A stretch of 64,000 nt of DNA, taken from contig CAXTCD010000002.1 in assembly GCA_964242145.1 (NCBI GenBank), positions 3,770 to 67,769 on the forward strand, given 5' to 3'. Below are positions 19,610 to 35,043 of the stretch, piece by piece. Numbering within the stretch: position 1 is the first letter of the stretch; the number at the start of each line of letters is the position of its first letter. The notes beneath the pieces are model-generated. The model made no database searches, was not told the origin of the DNA, and saw only the letters and a list, made by a program, of their open reading frames with translations. Both the position numbers and the translations under genes were made by a program. This stretch comes from an uncultured Rhizobacter sp. GTDB lineage: Bacteria > Pseudomonadota > Gammaproteobacteria > Burkholderiales > Burkholderiaceae_C.

Positions 19610-20686
19610 ATGACCGATCTTTTCGACAATCCAATGGGTTTGATGGGCTTCGAATTCATCGAGTTCGCGTCGCCCACGGCCGGCTTGCTGGAGTCCACCT
19701 TCACCTTGCTGGGCTTCACCGAAGTTGCCAGGCACCGCTCGAAGGACGTGTCGCTGTACCGCCAAGGCGGCATCAACTTCATCGTCAATCGCGAGCCTGG
19801 CAGCGCGGCGGCCTTCTTCGCGGCCGAACACGGCCCGAGCGCTTGCGGCCTGGCTTTCCGTGTCAAGAACGCGCATCAGGCTTATCAACGTGCGCTGGAT
19901 CTCGGCGCACAGCCCATCGAGATTCCAACGGGCCCGATGGAGCTGCGGCTGCCGGCCATCAAAGGCATTGGTGGCGCGCCGTTGTACCTGATCGACCGCT
20001 TTGAAGAGGGCCGGTCGATCTACGACATCGACTTCGAATTCCTGCCCGGCGTCGACCCGCACCCGGTCGGCCACGGCTTACAGATCGTCGACCACCTGAC
20101 GCACAACGTCTATCGCGGCCGCATGAGCTTCTGGGCTGCGTTCTACGAGCGCCTGTTCAACTTCCGCGAAATCCGCTACTTCGACATCAAGGGTGAATAC
20201 ACCGGCCTGACCTCGAAGGCGATGACCGCACCGGACGGCATGATTCGCATCCCGCTGAACGAAGAGTCGTCAAAGGGCGCCGGCCAGATCGAAGAATTCC
20301 TGATGGCCTTCAACGGCGAGGGCATCCAGCACATCGCCTTGTTGAGCGACGACATCATGGCCAGCGTTGACAGCCTGATCCAGGCCGGCGTGCCGCTGAT
20401 GAAGGCCCCGCCCGCTACCTACTACCGCATGCTCGATGAGCGCCTGCCGGGCCACGGTGAGAACACCGCCCAGCTGCAAGCCCGTGGCCTGCTGCTCGAC
20501 GGCAGCACCGAAGACGGCACGCAACGCCTGCTGCTGCAGATCTTCTCGTCAGCGATGCTGGGCCCGGTGTTCTTCGAGTTCATCCAACGTAAGGGCGACG
20601 ATGGCTTCGGCGCCGGCAATTTCAAGGCACTGTTCGAATCACTGGAGCGTGACCAGATCGAACGCGGCGTGTTGCAGCCGGCTTGA
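19610..20686 (+). CDS. hppD: 4-hydroxyphenylpyruvate dioxygenase
   Basis: [34 protein letters not shown] and [24 protein letters not shown]. Confidence 0.97.
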   Translation: MTDLFDNPMGLMGFEFIEFASPTAGLLESTFTLLGFTEVARHRSKDVSLYRQGGINFIVNREPGSAAAFFAAEHGPSACGLAFRVKNAHQAYQRALDLGAQPIEIPTGPMELRLPAIKGIGGAPLYLIDRFEEGRSIYDIDFEFLPGVDPHPVGHGLQIVDHLTHNVYRGRMSFWAAFYERLFNFREIRYFDIKGEYTGLTSKAMTAPDGMIRIPLNEESSKGAGQIEEFLMAFNGEGIQHIALLSDDIMASVDSLIQAGVPLMKAPPATYYRMLDERLPGHGENTAQLQARGLLLDGSTEDGTQRLLLQIFSSAMLGPVFFEFIQRKGDDGFGAGNFKALFESLERDQIERGVLQPA

Positions 20687-20724
20687 TCAAAGCCCCGGCC
20701 GCACCCGAATCGGCGTAACTCAAC

Positions 20725-20758
20725 AAAAGCGCTGAAGCCAAAACTTCAGCGCTTTTTT
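20725..20758. terminator. Bidirectional intrinsic terminator
   Basis: AAAAGCGCTGAAG-CCAAAA-CTTCAGCGCTTTTTT between convergent hppD and ligC. Confidence 0.88.
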
Positions 20759-20805
20759 CCTTATGTAGCCAATCCAGCTGAGGTGACAGGCAGCTCAGAC
20801 AAGGC

Positions 20806-23918
<3,113 letters not shown>

Positions 23919-24002
23919 GGCAAGGCTCTCAGGCGAAGTTTGAAATGGAACCGGGGAGAAGAACGAATGGCAAATGACAAATGAGCAAGGTTAGAAGCCG
24001 GC

Positions 24003-24980
24003 TCAATCGAGCGACACGTTGGTCTTCTTGATGATCTCGGCGAAGCGCGCCGACTCGCTCTGAATGAAGGCGTTGAATTGCTCGCGTGTCTGCGGGAACG
24101 GCTCATAGCCGAAGGTGAGGTAACGCTGCTGGATGTCGGCCTCGCTCAATGCCTTCGCAATGTCACGGCGTATCTTCTCGGCCACCGCAGGTGGCAAGCC
24201 CTTGGGCGCGGCGATGGCCGTCCAGCCTTGCGCCACGAAGCCGGCCGGCCCACCCGATTCGGCCACCGTCGGCACATCGGGGAACGTCGCCAGTCGGGCC
24301 GGCGCGGCCACCGCGAGATAACGCAGCTTGCCGGCCCGTTGCAGCGCGCCGGCCGTGCCGCTGCTGCCAAGCGCAAAGGCCAGGTCGCCATTGGCCACAC
24401 CGGTGTAGAGCTGCGAGGTTTCTTTGTAGACCACATGCTCCATCTGCGTGCCGGTCACCGACTGGAAAACGGCCGAAGCCAGATGCACCGGATTTCCGTT
24501 CGACCACGAACCGTAGTTGAGCTTGCCGGGACGCGCCTTCGCGTCATTCACCAGGTCGGCCACCGTCTTGTACGGGCTGCTGGCAGCCACCGTGAAGAAG
24601 AAGTAGGTCTTGAACAGCGGCAACAGCGGGTCGAAGTCTTTCTGCGGATCGTAGGGCAGCTTCTTGAACAAGTACGGGTACGCCGACAGATGCACGTTAT
24701 CGAGCTGAAGCAGGTCATGCCCGTCGGTCGCGCCATGCTTGAACGCATCGATCGCAATGAACCCATTGGCACCCGGCTTGTTTTCGATGATCACCGGCTG
24801 GCCCCAGGCCTTCGTCAGCTTCTCGGCCAGCATGCGCAGCGTGGCTTCCGGCCCGCCGCCCACCGGGAACGGCGTGAGGATGCGCACCGGCCGCGTCGGA
24901 AACTCCTGCGCCGATGCCACCAGCGATAAGCCGAAGGCCAGCGCCCAGGCGGCGGCGGCTTGCTGAATCCAATTCTTCAT
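24003..24980 (-). CDS. Bug/TctC binding protein
   Basis: Signal peptide, FPTRPVRILTPFPVGG, ENKPGANG and PDVPTVAESG. Confidence 0.92.
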   Translation of the reverse strand: MKNWIQQAAAAWALAFGLSLVASAQEFPTRPVRILTPFPVGGGPEATLRMLAEKLTKAWGQPVIIENKPGANGFIAIDAFKHGATDGHDLLQLDNVHLSAYPYLFKKLPYDPQKDFDPLLPLFKTYFFFTVAASSPYKTVADLVNDAKARPGKLNYGSWSNGNPVHLASAVFQSVTGTQMEHVVYKETSQLYTGVANGDLAFALGSSGTAGALQRAGKLRYLAVAAPARLATFPDVPTVAESGGPAGFVAQGWTAIAAPKGLPPAVAEKIRRDIAKALSEADIQQRYLTFGYEPFPQTREQFNAFIQSESARFAEIIKKTNVSLD

Positions 24981-25043
24981 GAGCGGATCTCCAGGGGGTT
25001 AATGGTACGGACAGCAGCAAGCGCAGCAGCAACAGTCCAGCGC

Positions 25044-25955
25044 TCAGCCGGTCTTCTTGACGACCGACAGGATGCGATCCGCCTCGGTGCGCCAGGTGTC
25101 GCGCTTGGCCGCCTTCGGCCCGAACAAGCCATCATCGGCAAGATCGGCCACCCAGGCTTGGCGGTCGGCGGTGCCATTCGCAGACCACGGGGTCAGGCCG
25201 ATGTCACGCACGGTCTCGGCGACTTCGCGCACTTCTTCGGCCCGGCGCCGGCCATGCTGGATCACGCGCTGAAAGAAATACGTGCCCTGCTTTTCCCAGT
25301 CGATGCCCGGAAAGGTCTCAGTCAGCGAAGCCAGCACCTGGTCTTCCACACCGTAAGCCCGTGCGGTCGTGAAACTCTCGATGACCATGGCCTCCAGGCC
25401 TTTGATCATCACGCTGCGGCACATCTTGGTGGCCGAGGCCACGCCCAGCTTTTCGCTCGACACCTTGCTGTCGAAGCCGAGTGCGTTGAGGAGCGGCATC
25501 AACGACTTTGCTTCGGGCCCGCCGAGCAACAGCGGCACCTTGATGCGGTAGGGCGGGATCGACGTCATCACCGCGCCTTCGACATAGCGCCCGCCGTTGC
25601 GGCTGACCATGTCGGCCGCTCGGATCTTGGCGCCGGGCGAGGCGGAGTTGAAGTCGAGGAAGTAGGCGCTGGGTTTGATCGCGCCCGCGCAGGCCTGCGC
25701 GACCGGCACGGCCTGGCTGGCGGTGACGGCGCTGATGATGAAGTCGACCTCGGCCGCCAGCTCGGCGTGCGATTCGAACAGCGTCACGCCGTGCTCGGCC
25801 GCGTGCTGGCGCAGCGGCGAGCCGGCATCGCTGCCGAGCTTGAGGTCATGCGCGCTGACGCGGATCTTCTGCGCGCGCAGGTCCTCCGCGAGGATGCGGC
25901 CGACCTCGCCATAACCGACGAGGCCGATGTGCCATTGGGTGGAATCGATGTTCAT
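25044..25955 (-). CDS. NAD(P)-dependent oxidoreductase (6PGD/3-hydroxyisobutyrate dehydrogenase-like, DUF1932-type C-terminus)
   Basis: IGLVGYGEVG Rossmann motif, KMCRSVMIKGLEA and HGRRRAEEV; embedded in the lig cluster. Confidence 0.82.
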   Translation of the reverse strand: MNIDSTQWHIGLVGYGEVGRILAEDLRAQKIRVSAHDLKLGSDAGSPLRQHAAEHGVTLFESHAELAAEVDFIISAVTASQAVPVAQACAGAIKPSAYFLDFNSASPGAKIRAADMVSRNGGRYVEGAVMTSIPPYRIKVPLLLGGPEAKSLMPLLNALGFDSKVSSEKLGVASATKMCRSVMIKGLEAMVIESFTTARAYGVEDQVLASLTETFPGIDWEKQGTYFFQRVIQHGRRRAEEVREVAETVRDIGLTPWSANGTADRQAWVADLADDGLFGPKAAKRDTWRTEADRILSVVKKTG

Positions 25956-25989
25956 CCGTCTCTCCTCAGCGGTTGGCGGGGCATTGATC

Positions 25990-26068
25990 AAGCCACGCCC
26001 TTGGATCCGGCTTTGCCGGTCCGATGGGCGGCGCCCCTTGGGGGCAGGAGCGAAGCGGCTGGGGGGCC
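25990..26068. repeat. REP-like GC-rich multi-hairpin element (single copy in window)
   Basis: Nested hairpins GCCCCTTGGGGGC and CCGGCTTTGCCGG plus GAGCGAAGCG, resembling intergenic palindromic repeats I recall from Comamonadaceae; copy number cannot be checked here. Confidence 0.35.
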
Positions 26069-26074
26069 ATGTCC

Positions 26075-26770
26075 CTAATCGATGTACTTCAAACCCGCTT
26101 TCTCCAGCGGCTCACGCATCTTGTAAATGTCCAGCCCCAGGACACCGGCCGCGAGCTTGGCGCGCTTCTCGGCCTCCAAGTTTTCGCGGGCTTCCGCCGC
26201 ATCGGCCACTTGCTGAGCAATTGCAGCCGGCACGACGACCACGCCGTCGTCATCGCCGATCACCACGTCGCCGGGGTTGACCACGGCACCCGCGCAGACG
26301 ATCGGGATGTTGACCGAGCCCAGCGTCGCCTTGATCGTGCCCTTCGCACTGATGGCGCGGCTGAACACCGGGAACTTCATCGCGCTCAAATCTTTGACAT
26401 CACGTGCGCCGCCATCGATCACCAACCCGCGTGCGCCGCGCGCGCGAAAGCTGGTGGCCAGCAAGTCGCCGAAGAATCCGTCTTCGTTGTCGGCCGTGCA
26501 GGCGGCCACGGCCACATCGCCCTCCTGCAGCTGCTCGGCGGCCACATGCATCATCCAGTTGTCTCCCGGCTGCAGCAGCACGGTCACCGCCGTGCCGCAA
26601 ACATAAGCGCCGGTGTAGATCGGCCGCAGGTAAGGCTTGAGCAGGCCGACGCGGCCCATGGCCTCGTGCACGGTGGCCGAACCGAAGCGCGACAACTTGT
26701 CGACCGCAGCGCGGTCGGCACGAATGATGTGGCGCTTGACGACGCCGAGCTGGTTCATCGGTAGTGTCAT
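26075..26770 (-). CDS. ligK: 4-carboxy-4-hydroxy-2-oxoadipate aldolase / oxaloacetate decarboxylase
   Basis: [35 protein letters not shown] and DGGARDV. Confidence 0.94.
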   Translation of the reverse strand: MTLPMNQLGVVKRHIIRADRAAVDKLSRFGSATVHEAMGRVGLLKPYLRPIYTGAYVCGTAVTVLLQPGDNWMMHVAAEQLQEGDVAVAACTADNEDGFFGDLLATSFRARGARGLVIDGGARDVKDLSAMKFPVFSRAISAKGTIKATLGSVNIPIVCAGAVVNPGDVVIGDDDGVVVVPAAIAQQVADAAEARENLEAEKRAKLAAGVLGLDIYKMREPLEKAGLKYID

Positions 26771-26771
26771 G

Positions 26772-27800
26772 TCACTGCCCCTTCGCTTTCAGCGCGGCAT
26801 CGAGCCGCGGATAGACATGCCGTGCATTGGTCTCGTAAACCTTGTGCTTGTCGGCTGCGCTGAGCAAGGTCGACGCCTCGATGTAGCGCTTGGTGTCGTC
26901 GTAGTAATGGCCGGTCTCGGCGTCGATGCCGCGCACCGCGCCGATCATTTCGCTGGCAAACAGGATGTTGTCGACCGGGATCACCTTGGTCAGCAGATCG
27001 ATGCCCGGCTGGTGATAGACGCAGGTGTCGAAGAAGATGTTGTTCAGCAGATGCTCTTGCAGCAGCGGCTTCTTCAGTTCCTGCGCGAGGCCGCGAAAGC
27101 GGCCCCAGTGATAAGGCACCGCACCACCGCCATGCGGTATCAGGAACTTCAACGTCGGAAAGTCCTTGAACAGATCGCTGGTCAGGCATTGCATAAAGGC
27201 CGTCGTGTCGGCGTTCAGGTAATGCGCACCGGTCGTATGGAAGCAGGCGTTGCAGCTGGTGCTGACGTGGATCATCGCCGGCACGCCATGCTCGACCATC
27301 TTCTCGTAGATCGGGTACCACGCGCGGTCCGACAGCGGCGGTGAAGTCCAGTGGCCGCCCGAGGGATCGGGGTTCAGGTTGATGCCGACGTTGCCGTATT
27401 CCTTGACGCACTTCTCGAACTCGGGAAGGCAGGTCTTCGGGTCGACACCCGGCGACTGCGGCAGCATTGCCGCCGGAATGAAATGGTCCGGGAACAGCTT
27501 CGACACGCGATAACAAAGCTCGTTGCAGATCGCGGCCCAGGTCGAGCTGACGTTGAAGTCCCCGATGTGATGGGCCATGAAACTAGCGCGCGGCGAGAAG
27601 ATCGTCAGGTCGCTGCCGCGCTCTTGCATCTTCTTCAGCTGGTTGGCGATGATGGTTTCGCGCAGCTCATCGTCACTGATCTTCAGCTCGCTGACCTTGG
27701 GCATCGAGGCCGGGTCTTTGATGCCGGCGATCTGCCGGTTGCGCCATTCTTCCAGCGCCTTCGGTGCGGTGGTGTAGTGGCCGTGGACATCAATGATCAT
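26772..27800 (-). CDS. ligJ: 4-oxalomesaconate hydratase
   Basis: [51 protein letters not shown] and [11 protein letters not shown]. Confidence 0.95.
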   Translation of the reverse strand: MIIDVHGHYTTAPKALEEWRNRQIAGIKDPASMPKVSELKISDDELRETIIANQLKKMQERGSDLTIFSPRASFMAHHIGDFNVSSTWAAICNELCYRVSKLFPDHFIPAAMLPQSPGVDPKTCLPEFEKCVKEYGNVGINLNPDPSGGHWTSPPLSDRAWYPIYEKMVEHGVPAMIHVSTSCNACFHTTGAHYLNADTTAFMQCLTSDLFKDFPTLKFLIPHGGGAVPYHWGRFRGLAQELKKPLLQEHLLNNIFFDTCVYHQPGIDLLTKVIPVDNILFASEMIGAVRGIDAETGHYYDDTKRYIEASTLLSAADKHKVYETNARHVYPRLDAALKAKGQ

Positions 27801-28141
27801 GATGCAGTTCCGTGCGCGCAGGCGCTCATTCCAGGGTCGAGTGCGCGGCGTACGCGGCGCGATGCGTCGGGCTTTTCACGGCGGCCACCGGGGGCACGGC
27901 TTGCGCGGGCCCACAGCCCACCCACCATCGCGGCGCCCAGCAGGCACAGCATCGCCACGACCACCAGCGTGGGCGGCAACGAGCGGGCCAAGCCGTCGCT
28001 GCCGAACAAGCCGCCGGCAGGCATGTCCAGGCCGCCCATCACCACGAGGGCAAAGCACAGCGAATAGAGCAACCACTGGAAGGCGGAGAAAGGGTGGTCC
28101 TGGAACCATTCCGCCAGTGTTTCTTTTGAGTGAGAGATCAT
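27797..28141 (-). pseudogene. Truncated, diverged aromatic-acid MFS transporter remnant (PmdK/PcaK-like TM1-TM2 only)
   Basis: HPFSAFQWLLYSLCFALVVMGGLD matches the AAHS-family TM1 pattern (FS.FQW...LCF....DG.D), but only about 114 aa remain. Confidence 0.6.
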
Positions 28142-28204
28142 GTCGTTTCCTTGGGGCGTTGGATAAAGAATGGGTGACACAGAAAGCGGTTTGGTGGGTT
28201 TTTC

Positions 28205-29317
28205 TCAGCGCCGCCACACGTTGGCCGGCACCATCACTTCGCCACGCATCAACAAGCGCGCGGTACGCAGCAGCGCCGCTTCGATGACGCGTTGCGGGTC
28301 TTGCGGGTCGGTGGTCAGCGCCACGCTGAATTCACCGGTCGGGTGCTCGACACCCACGGTGGGTGCTGGGCTGTCACCCAGCACCGCGACGCCATCGCAG
28401 ACCGAGCCCTTGAGCACGCAGGCGGTGCCCACCGTGACGGCCGCCAGCACGCCGATTGCGTCATGACACACATGCGGGATGAAGCTGCGCGTGGTGATCG
28501 CTCCACCGTCACGCGGCGGTGCGATCAAGGTCATCTTCGGATAGTTCTTGGCGCTGACATCGCCCAGGCCCATGCGCAGCGAGACCTGCAGGCGCAAGGC
28601 CTCGATGCGGGCCTTCAGTTCGGTGTCGGCATTCAGCTGCTCGACCGATTCATAACCGGTGCGGCCGACATCGCTGGCCTTGAAGATCACCAGCGGCATG
28701 CCATTGTCGATGCAAGTCACATCGAGCGTGAAAGGCGCGAAGCCTGCGCCATCGACCGTGATCGTGTCTTTCACGTGGCCGGTGGGCAGCAGGCCCGAAC
28801 ACACCGAGCCGGCGGTATCGAGAAAGTTGATCCTGATCGGCGAGGCGGTGCCGGGCACGCCATCGATGCGCGCATCGCCGTCATAGTCGACCTGACCATC
28901 GGGCGTATGGACCGTGATGTCGCAGGCCATGTCGGTGTTCAGCGTCAGCACGCGCAGGCGAGTGCGCGCGCCCTGGGCTTTGACCAGGCCGGTCTCCAGC
29001 GCAAACGGCAGCACGGCAGCCAGCATGTTGCCGCAGTTGGGCGTGGTGTCGACGGTGTTCTTGTCGGGCTGCAGTTGCGCGAACAAAAACTCGAGGTCGA
29101 TGCCGGGGCGCTTGCTGAGCGACACGATGCCGACCTTGCTCGTCAACGGATGGGCGCCGCCCAGGCCATCGATCTGGCGCTTGTCGGGCGAGCCCAATGC
29201 GGACAGCAGCACCCGATCGCGGGTGGCGATATCGCTCGGAAGGTCATCGGCCCGAAAGAACGGGCCCTTGGAGGTGCCGCCTCGCATCAACAGGCACGGA
29301 ATCGCAGTTGCTTGCAC
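28205..29317 (-). CDS. ligU: 4-oxalomesaconate tautomerase (PrpF family)
   Basis: LMRGGTSKG, RQIDGLGGAHPLTSKV, PNCGNMLAAV, RSFIPHVCH and EHPTGEF; GTG start at 29317 with an AGGAG RBS. Confidence 0.9.
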   Translation of the reverse strand: MQATAIPCLLMRGGTSKGPFFRADDLPSDIATRDRVLLSALGSPDKRQIDGLGGAHPLTSKVGIVSLSKRPGIDLEFLFAQLQPDKNTVDTTPNCGNMLAAVLPFALETGLVKAQGARTRLRVLTLNTDMACDITVHTPDGQVDYDGDARIDGVPGTASPIRINFLDTAGSVCSGLLPTGHVKDTITVDGAGFAPFTLDVTCIDNGMPLVIFKASDVGRTGYESVEQLNADTELKARIEALRLQVSLRMGLGDVSAKNYPKMTLIAPPRDGGAITTRSFIPHVCHDAIGVLAAVTVGTACVLKGSVCDGVAVLGDSPAPTVGVEHPTGEFSVALTTDPQDPQRVIEAALLRTARLLMRGEVMVPANVWRR

Positions 29318-29409
29318 GGTGTCTCCTGGTGCCGTCCCGTCAACGCGGGTCGAGATGGATTCTGCGCAGGCCAGCCCCATCATTCAAGGTGGGGCTCGCG
29401 CTAGCTGCT

Positions 29410-29424
29410 ATAGCATTTGGGTAT
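29410..29424. promoter_or_regulatory. LysR box (ATAGC-N5-GGTAT) in the lig divergent promoter
   Basis: ATAGCATTTGGGTAT contains T-N11-A, between ligU and the LysR gene. Confidence 0.5.
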
Positions 29425-29444
29425 AGCTCACCCCCATGGTGCCC

Positions 29445-32495
<3,051 letters not shown>

Positions 32496-32539
32496 ACCCG
32501 GCGCCGCGCGCGCTCAGTGATGGCAGCGCGTTAAACGCA

Positions 32540-33142
32540 TCAGCCCCAGCGCGCTGCAGCGGGAAGCGTGGTTTGCAAGGCGTAACCCGATTCCGCCATC
32601 TGCGCGATCACTGTGTCAACGGCCTGCAGTGGCGTCAGCCGCGTGGTGTCGAGCCGCAACGCCGGTTGCTGCGGTGGCTCGTAGCGGGAGTCGATGCCGG
32701 TGAAGCCAACGATCTCCTTGCGCCGCGCTCGCTGATAAAGACCTTTCGGGTCGCGCTGCTCGCAGACGGTCAGCGGCGCATCGACGAACACCTCCATGAA
32801 GTCGTCCGGCGCGAAGCGCGCTTTCGCCGCGTCGCGTTCGGAGGCGAACGGCGAGATCAGCGCAACGATCACGATCAGGCCGGCATCGGTCATCAGCCGG
32901 GCGATCTCGGTCACGCGGCGCACGTTCTCGATGCGGTCGGCATCGGTGAAGCCAAGGCCGCGGTTGATGCCTTGGCGAAGCTCGTCGCCATCGAGCACGA
33001 AGGTGCGCAAGCCTTTGTCATGCAGGCGTTGCTCCAGCAAGACCGCGATCGTCGACTTGCCGGCGCCGGACAAGCCGGTCAGGTAAATCACACCGCCCTT
33101 GTGCCCATTCAGGGCCTCGCGCTGTTGCCTGATGATTCGCAT
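32540..33142 (-). CDS. cysC: Adenylyl-sulfate (APS) kinase
   Basis: YLTGLSGAGKST P-loop, LDGDELR, LGFTDADRIENVRRV, ALISPF, RDPKGLY and FTGIDSRYEPP; start at 33142. Confidence 0.95.
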   Translation of the reverse strand: MRIIRQQREALNGHKGGVIYLTGLSGAGKSTIAVLLEQRLHDKGLRTFVLDGDELRQGINRGLGFTDADRIENVRRVTEIARLMTDAGLIVIVALISPFASERDAAKARFAPDDFMEVFVDAPLTVCEQRDPKGLYQRARRKEIVGFTGIDSRYEPPQQPALRLDTTRLTPLQAVDTVIAQMAESGYALQTTLPAAARWG

Positions 33143-33380
33143 GTGAGTCGCTCCGATGACAAACGAAAACCCTGTAGGCAGCGCGGGCCCGCTCACGAGA
33201 CACTGCGCCCCATGCAAGATAACAGGATAGTGACACGGCAGATGAGACGCGCAAGCAAACTCCACCCGGCCCGTCGGGGCTCAGTAGGCAAGCCCCCGAA
33301 GCCGCTGTCAAATGCAGAAAGCATCGAAGCGTCTGCATGGCGCACGTCTGCAGCATGCGCGTATCCGTCGTGTGCCGCCA

Positions 33381-33416
33381 TTGACAGCGGGCCGGCCTGC
33401 CGAGAACGATAAGGCA
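33381..33416 (+). promoter_or_regulatory. Putative sigma70 promoter giving a leaderless sulfotransferase mRNA
   Basis: TTGACA at 33381, 18-bp spacer, AACGAT at 33405; the predicted +1 falls on the ATG at 33416. Confidence 0.4.
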
Positions 33417-34318
33417 TGCTGGAAGATGCCCGTGCGCCATATGCCATCCTGGCTCATCACCGGTCGGGGTCTAACTTCCTGAACGACCTGCTTCAGGCGC
33501 ACCCGCAGCTGGAATGCATCAACGAGCCGATGTCGATGCACACCCCCCACTTCCGCGATTGCGACCTGGTGCCGTGGCGGCGCGAAGACTTCGACCGGCG
33601 TTGGCTGCATGCCTCGCTCGTGCCGCATGACGGCCTGCGCGATTTCCTGTTCGACTTCAAAGACTATCTGCTGCAGTCGCACCGCGGCCGCATCGTCGGC
33701 TTCAAGGAGACGGTGCTGTTCGGCAAGCTGGAATGGTTGCGCGAATTTTTGCCACCGCTGAAGGTCATCTTCCTGAAGCGCGACATCCGCGCGGTGGTGT
33801 CGTCGATCTTGCGCAGCCACCTGACCGAGCTGTGGAACTACTCGAAGCTGGTGCCTGCGGCCTATCAACGCCTCTTTCCGGCGCATCACGCGCAGCGTCA
33901 AGTCGACCTCGAAACCGGCCTCGCGCTCCCATGGCATACACGAAACCCGAGCGGCGACGACAAGGTGCGTGCTGCCGCACTGGCGGCGATGAGTGTGGTG
34001 GTGCGTTATGAGCTTGCGCGGCGCGAGCTTCGGCATTTCGAGCACCGCATCTTGAGCCTCGAAGACATCGTGCAAAAGCCCGAGGTGTGCCTGAAGGTGA
34101 TCACCGATTTCCTGAACGTCGACAGCGACGACGCGCCGCTGCGCTTTCTGCATGGCCGGCATGTCACCAGCCGCGGCGGGCTCTTCTCCTCGTTCCGCTC
34201 CCCCGAAGACACGCAGCACGCCTGGTCGTGGCATTTGAGCGCCGCGCAATTGCGCGCGATCGACGCGGTAACCGCTGCGGTGACCCATGCCACCCAGGCC
34301 CGGCCCCCTGATGGATGA
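33416..34318 (+). CDS. PAPS-dependent sulfotransferase
   Basis: 5'-PSB-like HHRSGSNFL, LECINEP, VGFKET and 3'-PB-like FLKRDIRAVVSS (R-x7-S). Confidence 0.82.
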   Translation: MLEDARAPYAILAHHRSGSNFLNDLLQAHPQLECINEPMSMHTPHFRDCDLVPWRREDFDRRWLHASLVPHDGLRDFLFDFKDYLLQSHRGRIVGFKETVLFGKLEWLREFLPPLKVIFLKRDIRAVVSSILRSHLTELWNYSKLVPAAYQRLFPAHHAQRQVDLETGLALPWHTRNPSGDDKVRAAALAAMSVVVRYELARRELRHFEHRILSLEDIVQKPEVCLKVITDFLNVDSDDAPLRFLHGRHVTSRGGLFSSFRSPEDTQHAWSWHLSAAQLRAIDAVTAAVTHATQARPPDG

Positions 34319-34988
34319 CGCGTTGATTCGGCATTACATCGAAAATGCCGTGGCCTTTGTGCCAGCCGCCCGTGGCGCCCGCCCGCTGCGCATAGCGACC
34401 ACGCTCGTCACCTGCGAGCTGGCCGTGGCCTTGTTGAATGCCATGCGCCATCCAGCGGAGCCGGCCGCAAGCTATGCGCACATCAACACGCACAATCCGC
34501 AAAGCCCGCTTCGCTATGAACCGAAATCCCAACGCTGGACTTGCGAGGCTGACCGGGCGCAGCACCCGGTGTCCGGCATCAACTGGGCCGGCGCGGCGCG
34601 CATCGCGGCGCAGCTGGGTGCGCGCCTGCCGTTTGCGCGCGAATGGGAATGCTTTGCCTCGAACAATGCGCCCGAGAAGACCTACCCTTGGGGTGACGCG
34701 GAGCCCACGTTGCAGCTCGCCAACTTCGGCGAGCATTTCAGTGGCACCACCCCCGTCGGCCAGTTCCCTGCGTCGGACATGGGCCTGTACGACCTGGCCG
34801 GCAACTTGAGCGAATGGTGCCAGGACCACCCCCAGGCCGATGGCAAGCCGATGCTGCTGGAGCGGGTGGTCAAGGGCGGCGCCTGGAGCAAGGACGCGGC
34901 CTGGCTGCGCATCGGCGCCAACCGCGGCAAATGGGAACGCCTGGGCACGACCACCATCGGGCTGCGCCCGGTCTGGGAAGCACGTTGA
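34311..34988 (+). CDS. FGE/SUMF1-fold protein lacking the catalytic Cys pair
   Basis: HPVSGINWAGA, RLPFAREWE, YPWG, PVGQFP, GLYDLAGNLSEW and RVVKGGAW..TIGLR; start overlaps the sulfotransferase stop. Confidence 0.85.
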   Translation: MDDALIRHYIENAVAFVPAARGARPLRIATTLVTCELAVALLNAMRHPAEPAASYAHINTHNPQSPLRYEPKSQRWTCEADRAQHPVSGINWAGAARIAAQLGARLPFAREWECFASNNAPEKTYPWGDAEPTLQLANFGEHFSGTTPVGQFPASDMGLYDLAGNLSEWCQDHPQADGKPMLLERVVKGGAWSKDAAWLRIGANRGKWERLGTTTIGLRPVWEAR

Positions 34989-35043
34989 CTGCCGCCGTTG
35001 GACGTTCAAGCTCGAACCCTCTGATGTGCCCTGGAGCCCACCG

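Noticed and set aside
33143-33415. RaxX-like sulfated peptide precursor next to the sulfotransferase
   Set aside because: I found no short ORF with a good RBS and a Tyr-acidic motif, and there is no peptidase-containing exporter; cannot be fully excluded.
34311-34988. True formylglycine-generating enzyme (sulfatase maturase)
   Set aside because: The catalytic Cys pair is absent and no CxPxR sulfatase is nearby; the LtaS-like protein uses Thr.
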